Counted from the stretch's first letter, positions 38,529 through 48,742 are shown. The stretch: DNA of 53,289 nt from a virus (IMGVR_UViG_3300033434_000393:1-53289); one strand, 5' to 3'. Numbers and translations are program-made. The notes: generated by a model not told the origin, from the sequence alone.

Positions 38529-38542
38529 TCGAGTAGAAGTGA
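38529..38542 (+). repeat. Direct repeat TCGAGTAGAAGTGA, copy 2
   Basis: Exact match to 36380-36393. Confidence 0.8.
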
Positions 38543-38730
38543 TTCCTTTTTTCGATAAACATTTGGCCTCTATTTTTTTTCGGAATTGGGGCTGCTTACT
38601 TTATCTTCAGTATTTATTGATTATCTTTTGAAAATCAATTCTTTTAGCCATTTAATTAAAGAAAAAGGGCAAAATGAAAGAAATAGATTATATTTGCATT
38701 CATTTATTATTCACTGTATTTAATAAGACT

Positions 38731-40719
38731 ATGAGAAAAATCTATCTTCCAGAATTGATAAGTATCAATATTAAAAATTTCACATTATATCCCAACGGGT
38801 TAAATTATGAATATGATTTTGTCAAAGGTGTTAATTTGATAATAGGTGGCAATGGAATGGGCAAAACAACATTTGTAAATATTATTAAATATGCAATTAT
38901 TGGGCATTATAAAAAACAGTTTGACTATACAAAAACTTATAAAGATCGGCTTATAGAAAAGAGAATTCTTTACCCTCTAAATTATTTCAAGAATAGAATG
39001 GATGATGAATTTGTTAAAACCGAAAATGCTAAAGTTATTATTCATTTTAACATTAATCAGAAACGTTTTAAAGTTGAAAGAGATTTGGAGGAAATTACAT
39101 TAAGTTCTTTTTCGGTTGATGGAAATATAATAGATGGTACTTTGATAAGTCAATCAAAATATGAAGCATTGAACGAAAATGACAAATCTGTTTTTTTGCA
39201 ATTCAAATATGAAAAACTAATAGAACAATATTCAGGACTGTTGTTTGATGATTTAATTTTCTTTGTAAATGAGATACTCTTTTTTGGGGAAGATCATAAA
39301 ACAATCTTGTGGAATGATGGAGTAACTGGTAGCAACGTCCAAAATGAACTTTTTAATAATTATTTTAATAGTCCAGAGTTAAATCGCGAACGGCAAGAGG
39401 CGCAACGCCAAGCTAAATACTTTGATAGCTTATCTAGACATCGCTCAGAAGATATTAGAGCTATAAGAAAAGTTTTAGATAAAGTAAGTAATAATGATGG
39501 AAGCTCTGATTCTACTATAGATATGATTAAGTTTCAATCCGATATAGAGGACATAGATTATGAAATTGAAAAAATACAATCTTCTAGAGTAAGTAATGAT
39601 ACTAGAGTTTCATTACTGCAAAACAAACTTAATGAATTGATTATTAATTCAAATGAGCTAGAAATTCAGAAAAACAAAACAGAGAGTGAATTAATCAGTA
39701 AGGCTTGGGAAACCTTGCATCCTCAATATGATATTTTCGCTAAAAATATAGAATATAATCATATATGCCCTATTTGCAATAAGCCAAATGATAATTTATT
39801 TCATGATTTGTTAGAGCATCCTAATTGTTGTTTTTCTTGTGGAGCTGAGATAGAGGAAATTACGGATGATAATCTCAAAAAAAAATATAAAGATATTTCT
39901 AATGAATATAAGAATATTCATATACAAATTCAGAATAATCAAAAGGAAATAAAACAGAGTGATGATCTGAATAGAAATCTTGATAACGAATTTAGAGTGT
40001 TAGATTTAAAAAAAAGGAAGTTGCAGACAAAACTAAGAGCTGTGGAATTTTCAAAATCAAAGAATAATGAAAACAGTGATTTGCAAGTCTTTCGTGATGA
40101 AATTTTTAGATTGGAGAAAGAAAAAGACTTAAATCAGGAAAAAAGCAGAATAGAATTAGCAAGAGCCGACCTTTTTTCTCGAGAAATTGAATCTCAAATA
40201 ACTCAAAATGTTAGTAAGTTCTCTTCTCTGTTCTCATCTTTTGCTGAGAGTTTTTTGGGTGTAACATGTTCCTTGACTTTCGATAACTTGAACGGTACTT
40301 CTAAGAGACGATTTTATCCTGTAATAGATGGACGTATACGCTTCTATGAAGAAGAATTATCAGAATCTCAAAGGTTTTTTATTGACCATTCATTCAGAAT
40401 GAGCATTCTCTCGTTTTTTTATACAACTCCAACATTCTATATTGTAGAAACCCCTGATAGCAGTTTAGATATATCATATGAGAATAATGCAGCAACTGTT
40501 TTTCTGAAGTTTTTAAAGCAACCTAATTCTTTGATTATCACTTCAAATTTAAATAATAGCTCTTTTGTTAATTATATAGTAGATAATAAAGAAGATATAT
40601 GTGTATCAATTATTGGATTATTGGATATAGCAAAACAATCTGTAATACAAAATACAAGTGAAATATTACTTAATATGTATCGTGATATAAAAAGTAAAAT
40701 CAGTAAAAATAATGAATAA
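38731..40719 (+). CDS. SMC/Rad50-like ABC ATPase with zinc hook
   Basis: GGNGMGKTT Walker A, coiled coils around CPIC...CFSC, LSESQR signature, IVETPDSSLD; TATATTTG at 38689 favours ATG 38731. Confidence 0.85.
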   Translation: MRKIYLPELISINIKNFTLYPNGLNYEYDFVKGVNLIIGGNGMGKTTFVNIIKYAIIGHYKKQFDYTKTYKDRLIEKRILYPLNYFKNRMDDEFVKTENAKVIIHFNINQKRFKVERDLEEITLSSFSVDGNIIDGTLISQSKYEALNENDKSVFLQFKYEKLIEQYSGLLFDDLIFFVNEILFFGEDHKTILWNDGVTGSNVQNELFNNYFNSPELNRERQEAQRQAKYFDSLSRHRSEDIRAIRKVLDKVSNNDGSSDSTIDMIKFQSDIEDIDYEIEKIQSSRVSNDTRVSLLQNKLNELIINSNELEIQKNKTESELISKAWETLHPQYDIFAKNIEYNHICPICNKPNDNLFHDLLEHPNCCFSCGAEIEEITDDNLKKKYKDISNEYKNIHIQIQNNQKEIKQSDDLNRNLDNEFRVLDLKKRKLQTKLRAVEFSKSKNNENSDLQVFRDEIFRLEKEKDLNQEKSRIELARADLFSREIESQITQNVSKFSSLFSSFAESFLGVTCSLTFDNLNGTSKRRFYPVIDGRIRFYEEELSESQRFFIDHSFRMSILSFFYTTPTFYIVETPDSSLDISYENNAATVFLKFLKQPNSLIITSNLNNSSFVNYIVDNKEDICVSIIGLLDIAKQSVIQNTSEILLNMYRDIKSKISKNNE

Positions 40720-41329
40720 TAATAAAGAGCTATATTATGCAAATGAAGATATTCTTTGCATAACAGATAATGTAAAGTCGATAGGCTGGGAATCAATTAA
40801 GGAACAATCGCTGCAGAGGATTGTATATTTAGTAAAGGTATTATATTCTTTTACTCATTTGAATGAAAATATATTTGGCTATTATCATTTTTCAGTTTCT
40901 TTGTATGGACCTTTTTCTGGGCTAATAAAAAATAGTGTTATATATTTGAAGAGTGATATGTTTTTGTTAGACACTGATGATGGAGGAGTTAAATATAATC
41001 GTAGTAATTCTTTCGTATGGAAAAATGTAGAGAAAGAAAAATGGATAAAAACGATCATTCTTATTCTAGGAAAATATGGAGAAAATAGAATTTTTGGGTT
41101 TACGATTAATGACCCTCTTTATAAAGAAGCTGTTGAAAATAACCAAGTAAGAGAATTGGATACTTCGTCTCCAGAAAATAGAACAATTAAAGTTTTAAAT
41201 GAGTTTAAACAAGCTTTTGAAGAGACTCTAAGTAGTACTTCCTTTATTGATGCTGAGAAATATCTAGATCTTTATTTTGAATATATTTTTAGTCAGATTA
41301 TAAATAAAAACCACTTGCATGAACTATGA
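40712..41329 (+). CDS. Putative middle component of an ABC three-component/Lamassu-like operon
   Basis: 205 aa overlapping both neighbours; LQRIVYL...YGPFS wHTH-like pattern. Confidence 0.55.
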   Translation: MNNNKELYYANEDILCITDNVKSIGWESIKEQSLQRIVYLVKVLYSFTHLNENIFGYYHFSVSLYGPFSGLIKNSVIYLKSDMFLLDTDDGGVKYNRSNSFVWKNVEKEKWIKTIILILGKYGENRIFGFTINDPLYKEAVENNQVRELDTSSPENRTIKVLNEFKQAFEETLSSTSFIDAEKYLDLYFEYIFSQIINKNHLHEL

Positions 41330-42434
41330 TTTTAGAAACAATACTGACTTTAAAGAGATTTTGAGGCAGCAAGAAAAACGTATTTTAAGAAGGACCATTG
41401 AGGGCATTCAAGAAACGTCTACATTTAAACAATTTTATTTATCCTTAATATCATATTTGAGAAAAAGTGCATTTTTTGATTTTAAAGTCCTGTTAATCAA
41501 CAAACAAGATCTTGAGAATTTATCATCAGGGAATTGTATAAATAAATTATTTGCAATTTTGGATTCTGATGATTGTGTTCATAATAATTATGTAGTATTA
41601 AATAATGAATTAAATATTGTAGATAAAATTTATAATAATAACTACCAAAATTCAAATAGTGCTCGTAGAATTTATGCAGAATTATCTCATGATTTTGTGG
41701 TTTTTTTACTTCAGCCTAACGCTATCGTTACTTACTTTATAGATGGTGAGGATTTTGGAGAGAATATCTTTTTTACTATGGAAGATTATAGGTCTTACGA
41801 AGAAAAAAAATCAATCGATCGTATCTGTGAATTATTCGAGGACTACCGGCAACGCCTTAAAAGTAGAGATGTATATAATAAATTTTTTGTTTCTAAGAGT
41901 CACTTGCTTTCTCTGAAAACAGATATGGGCTCACAGCTAGATGATAAAAAATATATTTATGATAATAAGCAGTTATTGGAAAATAAGCCAGAAGATAAAT
42001 TTCGTGAGGATTTAAGATTCTTTTTATCTGAAAAATTGAAGGCTAATTTTCTATCGAAAGAATATATATTAGAAAATTTCAAACGTTTGGATATATTTAT
42101 ACTTGATGAATCGGGATATGAGTTATACCTTATCGAGGTAAAATGGGTCGGAATTAGTATAAATCCGTCTGGAAAAAAAACAGGAACTTCGTATTCTGAA
42201 AGAGATATAGTACCTAATGCAGTAAAACAAACCGTTGGGTATCTCCGACAGCTCTTCGATGAGCAGAAAAATATTAAGTTAGGGTATCTGGCTGTATTTG
42301 ATGCAAGAAAGGAGGATTTACCTGATACCGGCAATTCAATCAATAATCTTTGCTTTGAAAATGAGGATGCAATTCATTTTAGAAAATTTAGAAAAATTGC
42401 TGATTTTAGAGTGTTAAATGAACATCCGGCTTAA
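41319..42434 (+). CDS. Putative PD-(D/E)XK nuclease effector
   Basis: PEDKFRE...RLDIFI...YLIEVKW...QTVGYL catalytic-like motif. Confidence 0.6.
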   Translation: MNYDFRNNTDFKEILRQQEKRILRRTIEGIQETSTFKQFYLSLISYLRKSAFFDFKVLLINKQDLENLSSGNCINKLFAILDSDDCVHNNYVVLNNELNIVDKIYNNNYQNSNSARRIYAELSHDFVVFLLQPNAIVTYFIDGEDFGENIFFTMEDYRSYEEKKSIDRICELFEDYRQRLKSRDVYNKFFVSKSHLLSLKTDMGSQLDDKKYIYDNKQLLENKPEDKFREDLRFFLSEKLKANFLSKEYILENFKRLDIFILDESGYELYLIEVKWVGISINPSGKKTGTSYSERDIVPNAVKQTVGYLRQLFDEQKNIKLGYLAVFDARKEDLPDTGNSINNLCFENEDAIHFRKFRKIADFRVLNEHPA

Positions 42435-43735
42435 GATCTTATGACAATAACACTTTCCCGAAGAGATTTTATTGTTTCAGATTGTTGTGAGCTCGCGTTT
42501 AAATCACGAGCTTTTCTTATTTCAACTATTTTGAATCCTCTTTTTTCCGCTATTTGGCAAACTATTTCATCAACAATGATCTCTACTCCATAATATGCTG
42601 AATTTGCAACATTAAAATATATATATTTGTTGGGCTGCATCTTCTTTTTAAATTCAGAAAAAAGAAAATCGATATCAATAAAATATCCTTTGATCATATT
42701 TAGCAGATCGGAATTCCAAAAAAAATCTTTATTTTTCTCTATTGATGTAATACAATCTTCTAGCAGCGGAATCTTTAATGTATCTAAACGCCCATGTTTG
42801 ACTTGAACATGTGACCTTAATGTTTTTTTACGAAGATCTTGCAATTCTTTATAGCTACTAACTAGGCCAAGCATCTTAAGCTCAAGCATATATATATCTG
42901 TGTAGTCTCTTGAATTAAGATATGGAGGTGAAGTGATTATAAGATCTATGGAATTGTCTTTAATAATATTTATTTTTTCTCTGACATCTCCATAGTAACA
43001 CAGATTATGATTACTAACAATTTGATTTGATGACATATCAATATTTGATATATCATTGAAAAATATCGTGTCTAACTTTTCTATGAAAATTTGGTGTACC
43101 TCTTCTCTAGTGTATTTTATAATATCTTGCCATTTCCTTTTATAAGATAGACATTTACCATTTCTAAAAACGTTACTTACCTGTAATAGAATTGATGCCA
43201 ATGCTATTTTGAAAAGATCTTGATATTTGCAGTCAGGTATCCTATTTATTGCGTATTTTATATCCAATATGCCGTCAATAGAACTATCGTTATAATTCCA
43301 TTTTGTTAATTTGTCCGTTTTAATTAACGTCTTTCCAAAAGGTATTTGTTCAATTTCCCTTATATTTATAGGGGGTAATTCAAGTAATTCTTTTATGCGG
43401 TCAGAATAATTGATAAATTCTAGGAGAGTATAATCTCGCCTCATCTTTACCGTAGAGAGTAAATACATAAATGGACTAACTTCAAATGAAGTACATCTAA
43501 TATTTTGATCTTGTAACTCAACAGGGGTGGTTCCACTTCCTGCAAAAGGCTCAAGAACAAAATCTGGAGTATAGTCTAATTCATCCAGAATGCTTTGAAT
43601 GAACTCTTTAGAGTATCCTTCAACAAACGGATACCATTGATGTATAGGAACAGACTTGTTTTTATTAAACTGCATGATAGATTTATACTTTTCAGTATAA
43701 TCAACGATTTTAAATGCAGATTTTTTTTTTTCCAT
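42431..43735 (-). CDS. DNA methyltransferase, probably N4-cytosine (alpha motif order)
   Basis: HQWYPFVEGYS, EPFAGSGTT (motif I), then ITSPPY (motif IV); TATATTTG at 43800-43793. Confidence 0.85.
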   Translation of the reverse strand: MEKKKSAFKIVDYTEKYKSIMQFNKNKSVPIHQWYPFVEGYSKEFIQSILDELDYTPDFVLEPFAGSGTTPVELQDQNIRCTSFEVSPFMYLLSTVKMRRDYTLLEFINYSDRIKELLELPPINIREIEQIPFGKTLIKTDKLTKWNYNDSSIDGILDIKYAINRIPDCKYQDLFKIALASILLQVSNVFRNGKCLSYKRKWQDIIKYTREEVHQIFIEKLDTIFFNDISNIDMSSNQIVSNHNLCYYGDVREKINIIKDNSIDLIITSPPYLNSRDYTDIYMLELKMLGLVSSYKELQDLRKKTLRSHVQVKHGRLDTLKIPLLEDCITSIEKNKDFFWNSDLLNMIKGYFIDIDFLFSEFKKKMQPNKYIYFNVANSAYYGVEIIVDEIVCQIAEKRGFKIVEIRKARDLNASSQQSETIKSLRESVIVIRS

Positions 43736-44429
43736 ATCGATTTTGTAGAAAAAACAGATGAAATTTACGTAACAGACCTACCTGTTTTTATGCAAATATA
43801 GATAAAATTATCTATTACTTGAAAGATTTTCTATTAAAATTCGCCGTATGCATCTGCTGAACTCTGTATCTCAAAATCCTTGAAGTATATCGAAAGTCTA
43901 CAGATATTCTTCAGGGATTTGCTTTATTCTTCAATGTTATATTAAAAGCTCCTAAAACATTCGGAGGCTGTTAGGAGACTATCGAAGAGATGCAGCTGCT
44001 TGCGATAGATGGATTGTGTTACGTCTTATTTCCAATAATTCATTGCTCTGCAATTGGCCTGCGGTAGAAAACCTACATCGTGATTCACGAGGTAAGGGTA
44101 CAAACATCCACGATCTTCTATTGTACGGTGGTGAATAGTATTAGAGTGAGGAACATTTTCCTCATTTCTTAATTTACCCCGCTTCAGTGTCTTATACATG
44201 TAGGAAATCTTCCTCATTCTATTTTGCTCTGTTTTGGTGGAGCTTCCTTCTTATACAATATTCCAGCAAAATTATATACCCAATTCTACAATATTCAGCG
44301 TTAAATTATATACAACCCCCGCTTTATTGGAAATTTATCCCGCTAAACAGGAAATTTTATATGTCTTTTTCGGAAAAAAACATATAAAAATTGCATTTTT
44401 GCAGATGAAATTTTTCTGATATTTATATT

Positions 44430-44642
44430 ATGATGACATTACATGAAGCTATAGTAGAATTGCTAAAAGAGAAAGGGCATTCTATGACCACAACAGAGAT
44501 AGCAGACGCTCTTAATGAAAATAAGTGTTATCTCAAAAAAGATGGAAGCGCTATAACCCCATATCAGATACATGGGCGAACAAAGAATTATCCTAATTTA
44601 TTCAGGAGAGAAGGATCAACTGTATTTTTAATAGGAGCGTAG
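44430..44642 (+). CDS. Stand-alone HARE-HTH-like winged helix protein
   Basis: MTLHEAIVELLKEKGHSMTTTEIADAL...YPNLF. Confidence 0.6.
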   Translation: MMTLHEAIVELLKEKGHSMTTTEIADALNENKCYLKKDGSAITPYQIHGRTKNYPNLFRREGSTVFLIGA

Positions 44643-45109
44643 AGGTATACTCTTATTTCTTCTATCGCCTGTATAGTTGACCTAACAACAACATATTTAC
44701 TCCGACATGCTTCTGCTTGCCGTTGAAACTCTTTCTGCTCATCAGACTGTCGCCCAGTAGAGGTTTTAAATTCCAAGCATAAAGAAGCATAACCCTTTTT
44801 CGGCACCAATAGGATAACATCAGCCACCCCAGCTTTAACCCCTTGCCGTTTCATATTGGCTGCTTCGATTTTATGCCGGCTGCCTCCATTGGGAACAGCG
44901 AAAAGAAGTTTTTCCGGAAGCTTGGGAAATAAGATCTTCACTTGTCGGAAAAACTCTACCTGCATGTCTGCTTCTTCGTGTCTTACCACTCTTTTCTTCC
45001 GTGGTGGCATCTTTGTATCTGCGTAGCAATTATAGCACATGTAGCCATTATCTGTTTTCATGACGGAAACAGTTTCTCGGCCACATGCGATACATTTTTC
45101 TTTATTCAT
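44588..45109 (-). CDS. VRR-NUC nuclease with N-terminal zinc finger
   Basis: FAVPNGG, GVKAGVAD, LEFKT, QSDEQKEFQ; CIAC/CYNC; start placed at MNKEKC. Confidence 0.88.
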   Translation of the reverse strand: MNKEKCIACGRETVSVMKTDNGYMCYNCYADTKMPPRKKRVVRHEEADMQVEFFRQVKILFPKLPEKLLFAVPNGGSRHKIEAANMKRQGVKAGVADVILLVPKKGYASLCLEFKTSTGRQSDEQKEFQRQAEACRSKYVVVRSTIQAIEEIRVYLYAPIKNTVDPSLLNKLG

Positions 45110-45113
45110 ATCG

Positions 45114-45434
45114 TTACTCCTTGAAAAGATCAGTAAGACTTTCACATCGACTGAATGTGCATTTTTTGCTATCCACCGTACAGGTACCTTTATGGAAACA
45201 CCCACAAACATTGCGGAAATTTTTGAGTACCGTCTTTTTCTGTTTCTCATTGTGCTTGATTAAAGCACGCTGTATAGCATTTGAAGTCATAACAGCATCT
45301 TCGTTGCTTTGCCATTTTGTGCCTTCTCTAAAGCCATCTTCATATATATTTCCGTAGATGATCCCTCTTTTTATGCCAAACTTATTTTTGAGAGCATTTT
45401 CTATTGCGACATTTAATTTATCTTCTTTGTTCAT
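45114..45434 (-). CDS. Hypothetical phage protein
   Basis: 106 aa, YEDGFREGTKW, Cys-rich tail. Confidence 0.65.
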   Translation of the reverse strand: MNKEDKLNVAIENALKNKFGIKRGIIYGNIYEDGFREGTKWQSNEDAVMTSNAIQRALIKHNEKQKKTVLKNFRNVCGCFHKGTCTVDSKKCTFSRCESLTDLFKE

Positions 45435-45446
45435 ACTTGATTAGAT

Positions 45447-45743
45447 TTAGTTAATTGTCAAAATTTCTCTATAGCAAATATCTATCTCGTTAGTCACTAC
45501 ATTCTCATTATTGCAATAGCATAAATACCATTCTAATTTATTGTTTTCCCAGTATTGGGCCTTCCACATCTTACCATCATACAAGCCTGTCGGCTGAGAG
45601 CGTGTATAATCCATGAGCATATCAAAATCCAGCTTACCCATTACTGCATAATTATCATCTACTAATATCCTGTTAGTATTTGGTTGTCGCCAACAGCTAC
45701 CAAGTGGGTTTATCATTAGCGGAATAATGTTTTTATTCTTCAT
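45447..45743 (-). CDS. Hypothetical phage protein
   Basis: 98 aa, YTRSQPTGLYDGKMWK. Confidence 0.7.
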   Translation of the reverse strand: MKNKNIIPLMINPLGSCWRQPNTNRILVDDNYAVMGKLDFDMLMDYTRSQPTGLYDGKMWKAQYWENNKLEWYLCYCNNENVVTNEIDICYREILTIN

Positions 45744-45783
45744 CTTTGTTTCTCTTTTGATTAGTTTTGATAATAACTAAAAA

Positions 45784-45930
45784 TTATATTTCTGCAAGTA
45801 TAAATTGCATGTAGTCTGGATCGAAGTTCTTCGATATTATCAGTCTCATAGAGAGGTTTTTTTTTGAGTTCTCTATCATCATAATACCTTCTTCAGTTAA
45901 ATATTCAACTCTTAGTATAGTATATTTCAT
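45784..45930 (-). CDS. Small hypothetical protein (48 aa)
   Basis: MKYTILRVEY start overlapping the upstream stop (ATGA). Confidence 0.45.
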   Translation of the reverse strand: MKYTILRVEYLTEEGIMMIENSKKNLSMRLIISKNFDPDYMQFILAEI

Positions 45931-46056
45931 GAGCAGTATATTAAAAGGTTTGCTGCGCAATAAATCAAGTATGATGCTATTGCGATAAAGGCACCACACA
46001 CCATATAGGCAATAACTTCGATAGAGAGATGATTGATTAATATTCTCACCGATCTG

Positions 46057-47751
46057 TTACATGTCATCATTATCTTCTTCATCATCGTCACTATTAAAAA
46101 TGTTAGCAATCATATCCACAATATTTTCTTCTATCGCTTCAGTGGATCCGGTCACAGCATTAGCAATATTCTTTTTCGTCTGTATAATGCGGTATATCTT
46201 CCCGTCTATGGTACTTTTGCCAAGAAAGTAGTAAATGGTAACAGCATTCTTTTGCCCTATTCTGTGCGCCCGGTCTTCACACTGGCAACAGTCTGCATAC
46301 GTCCATGGGAACTCAACGAAGGCCACATTGGAAGAGGCGGTAAGCGTAAGACCAACTCCTGCAGCTTTGATACTACAGATAATAATGTCCACCTTGGGGT
46401 TATTCTGGAATGCATCTACAGCTGCTTGCTTTTCGTCCGAAGAATCTCGGCCGGTCACCGAAACGGCTGTGGGAAAATGCATCTTTAGTTGATCCACAAC
46501 TTCATGGAGAGAGCAGAATAGAATGATCTTCTGTCCATTCTCCCTGAAATCTTTCACGAATTCAATCACCTCCTTTACTTTACCTCTTGCAGCAACTTGG
46601 CGGAGAATATTAATGCGTACCATCACTTCACCTTTCATTGCACGAGCTATCTTTTCATCATCGGCATCTTTATACTTCTGTAGATAGCTTATAAGATCGC
46701 TTTCGGCATCTTTATATTCTTTCCTGTTTGTGATTTCACAAGTCAGTACCTGGCGCACCTTATCCGGAAGATCTTTAAGCACAAGTGATTTCTCGCGCCT
46801 GAACATGCAATTTGTCCAGAGCTTGAAGTTTAGCTCTTTTAGATTGCTTGCTTCGTTTGGGCCGGAACAGTACCTATCAACAAAACTCTTGTACCCTCCA
46901 AAGTCATCCATACGCTCGAGTATGGAGAGCTGTGGCACTAAATCTTTTGGCTTGTTTACAACAGGTGTTCCAGTTAATTCTATAATGTATTCTTTCCCTT
47001 TACAGATGCCTTTAGAGAACTTTGCTTGTTGCGTGCTGGATGATTTGCAGCGGTGAGATTCATCGATGATAACAGACTTGAATAGATTAATCGTCTGCCT
47101 GAACTCTACATCACGAAGTGTCCATCCTTCAGCCTTTTTGATCCGCTGAACGAAGTATTTCTTTAGCGATTCGTAGTTGACAATGAATACCTGATACATG
47201 CCTGTTTGCCAGAAGAACGGCCATGTATCGCGAACATTATCAGATAACACCATTGCCTTTTTATCGGTAAACTTGTGCCATTCTCTTTCCCAATTGATTT
47301 TCAAAGATGAAGGGCAAATAACCAAGCAAGGAAAGGCGTTAGCTAGATTGATCGTGGCGATTGATTGCAACGTTTTTCCCAAGCCCGGTTCATCCGTATT
47401 CATGAACCGTTTCAATTCCAAGCCCCGTTGTATACCTTCCAATTGATAGGGGTAGGGAGTTATTTTTAACCCGTGAGGGCGATCCAATGCTTTAAGCTCT
47501 GGCAGTTCATAGGCAACATCCTCTTCTTGGCGAGTTGCCACATGTTGATCTCCTGTACCCCAAGTCACTGGCTCAAACTGCCGAATCTGATACGCTAGTC
47601 GCTCGAGTTCAATCCTTTTGGAGACGGGTACCGTCCATATCTTGCGAACGGAATCATATTTCCGTCCTTCTATCTGCTTTATCTTGCCTACAATCATTGG
47701 CCTATACCTGAATTGCAGTTCGAATACGTTTGATTTTAGAATTATATTCAT
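46057..47751 (-). CDS. SNF2-family (HARP/SMARCAL1-like) helicase
   Basis: DEPGLGKT, DESH, LTGTP, GVGLTLT, QCEDRAHRIGQ; start placed at MNIILKS. Confidence 0.9.
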   Translation of the reverse strand: MNIILKSNVFELQFRYRPMIVGKIKQIEGRKYDSVRKIWTVPVSKRIELERLAYQIRQFEPVTWGTGDQHVATRQEEDVAYELPELKALDRPHGLKITPYPYQLEGIQRGLELKRFMNTDEPGLGKTLQSIATINLANAFPCLVICPSSLKINWEREWHKFTDKKAMVLSDNVRDTWPFFWQTGMYQVFIVNYESLKKYFVQRIKKAEGWTLRDVEFRQTINLFKSVIIDESHRCKSSSTQQAKFSKGICKGKEYIIELTGTPVVNKPKDLVPQLSILERMDDFGGYKSFVDRYCSGPNEASNLKELNFKLWTNCMFRREKSLVLKDLPDKVRQVLTCEITNRKEYKDAESDLISYLQKYKDADDEKIARAMKGEVMVRINILRQVAARGKVKEVIEFVKDFRENGQKIILFCSLHEVVDQLKMHFPTAVSVTGRDSSDEKQAAVDAFQNNPKVDIIICSIKAAGVGLTLTASSNVAFVEFPWTYADCCQCEDRAHRIGQKNAVTIYYFLGKSTIDGKIYRIIQTKKNIANAVTGSTEAIEENIVDMIANIFNSDDDEEDNDDM

Positions 47752-47802
47752 AGCTTCTTCTTTATTAAAGGGTGCCCCGCTACAGGGCACTCTCTTTCTT
47801 TG

Positions 47803-48438
47803 TTATGCAGTCGCGTCGAAAATATGGGCTTCCTCAATGACTTTGGCTCTCTTGCTTCTGCTTCTCTTTGGTTTCTTCTCGGTCTCCCCATCAACAGAAG
47901 CCTCTACAGGCGCATCGCTCTCAAAGTCAAGCGTTTCTTGCTTGATACCATATTTTTCTCCAAACAAGTATTCCGATACTTCGTAATCGCAACACTGGAT
48001 AGCTAATTCAAGCTCACCTCCATATTTATAGCCATCCAAACCATCATTCGAGAACTTTGTAAATGGCGCAATTAGGTTGAGAACCTGGCCTGATTTTAGT
48101 ATTTTCTGTCCGATGATGGTAACTCCGGCAGATTCTTCGCTTCCTCCATTGCTGTAACCGGTCACGACGTACTTGCTAATTTCCGTTTGGATATCTTCCG
48201 TCGGTTCAAGGTCAATATTCGCTAGACTGAATAATTTAGCTTCCGGTTGTTCGGTGATCGTAACAAGAAAAGGAACTAGTGCGCTGAATGCCTTTTTTAG
48301 ATCGGAGTGTATGATCTGATCGCATTTCTTGCTAACCTCATTCGTGTAGTTCGCTTCTGTGTATTTCTCTTTGTAAGTAGCCTCGCAGCGTTCCGCTTTT
48401 ATAGAAGCTTTTTCGATTACATTCTTTGCTTTTTCCAT
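47803..48438 (-). CDS. Hypothetical phage protein
   Basis: 211 aa; IHSDL and YLFGEK...QETLDF. Confidence 0.7.
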   Translation of the reverse strand: MEKAKNVIEKASIKAERCEATYKEKYTEANYTNEVSKKCDQIIHSDLKKAFSALVPFLVTITEQPEAKLFSLANIDLEPTEDIQTEISKYVVTGYSNGGSEESAGVTIIGQKILKSGQVLNLIAPFTKFSNDGLDGYKYGGELELAIQCCDYEVSEYLFGEKYGIKQETLDFESDAPVEASVDGETEKKPKRSRSKRAKVIEEAHIFDATA

Positions 48439-48474
48439 ACTTTATATGATTAAATTCTATCAAAATTGATATTG

Positions 48475-48552
48475 TGGAGAGTGGCGGAATCGAACCGCCG
48501 CCCGGCTGTCTTGACTGTGCGCACCGCTGCTCATCCACTGAGCTAACTCCCC
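48475..48552 (-). tRNA. tRNA-like RNA with non-canonical anticodon arm (no identity assignable)
   Basis: Acceptor GGGGAGT/ACTCTCC, D arm GCTC/GAGC, T arm GGCGG-TTCGATT-CCGCC; the 28-nt central region does not form a 5-bp/7-nt anticodon arm; no encoded CCA. Confidence 0.7.
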
Positions 48553-48571
48553 CTATTTCCTGCGCTGCTGC

Positions 48572-48742
48572 TTAGAAGTTCTCCTCTTTTGTTTTGGCTA
48601 CAGAGTAAGCGCCAAGACAAATGATTATGATGCATCCGGCGGCAGCTAGTCCGCTATGCATCGGATCGCTATTTCCTACTCCAATCATCATAATTGCTAT
48701 GACGAAGAGAAAGAGACATCTGATTGATTCATTCTTATTCAT
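48572..48742 (-). CDS. Small two-TM membrane protein (56 aa), absent from the ORF track
   Basis: MNKNESIRCLFLFVIAIMMIGVG...LAAAGCIIIICLGAYSVAKTKEENF; start overlaps the upstream stop. Confidence 0.6.
   Translation of the reverse strand: MNKNESIRCLFLFVIAIMMIGVGNSDPMHSGLAAAGCIIIICLGAYSVAKTKEENF

Noticed and set aside
43830-44330. Possible degraded HD-domain gene (HDVGF fragment on the minus strand)
   Set aside because: Only one short motif and no coherent frame could be rebuilt by eye
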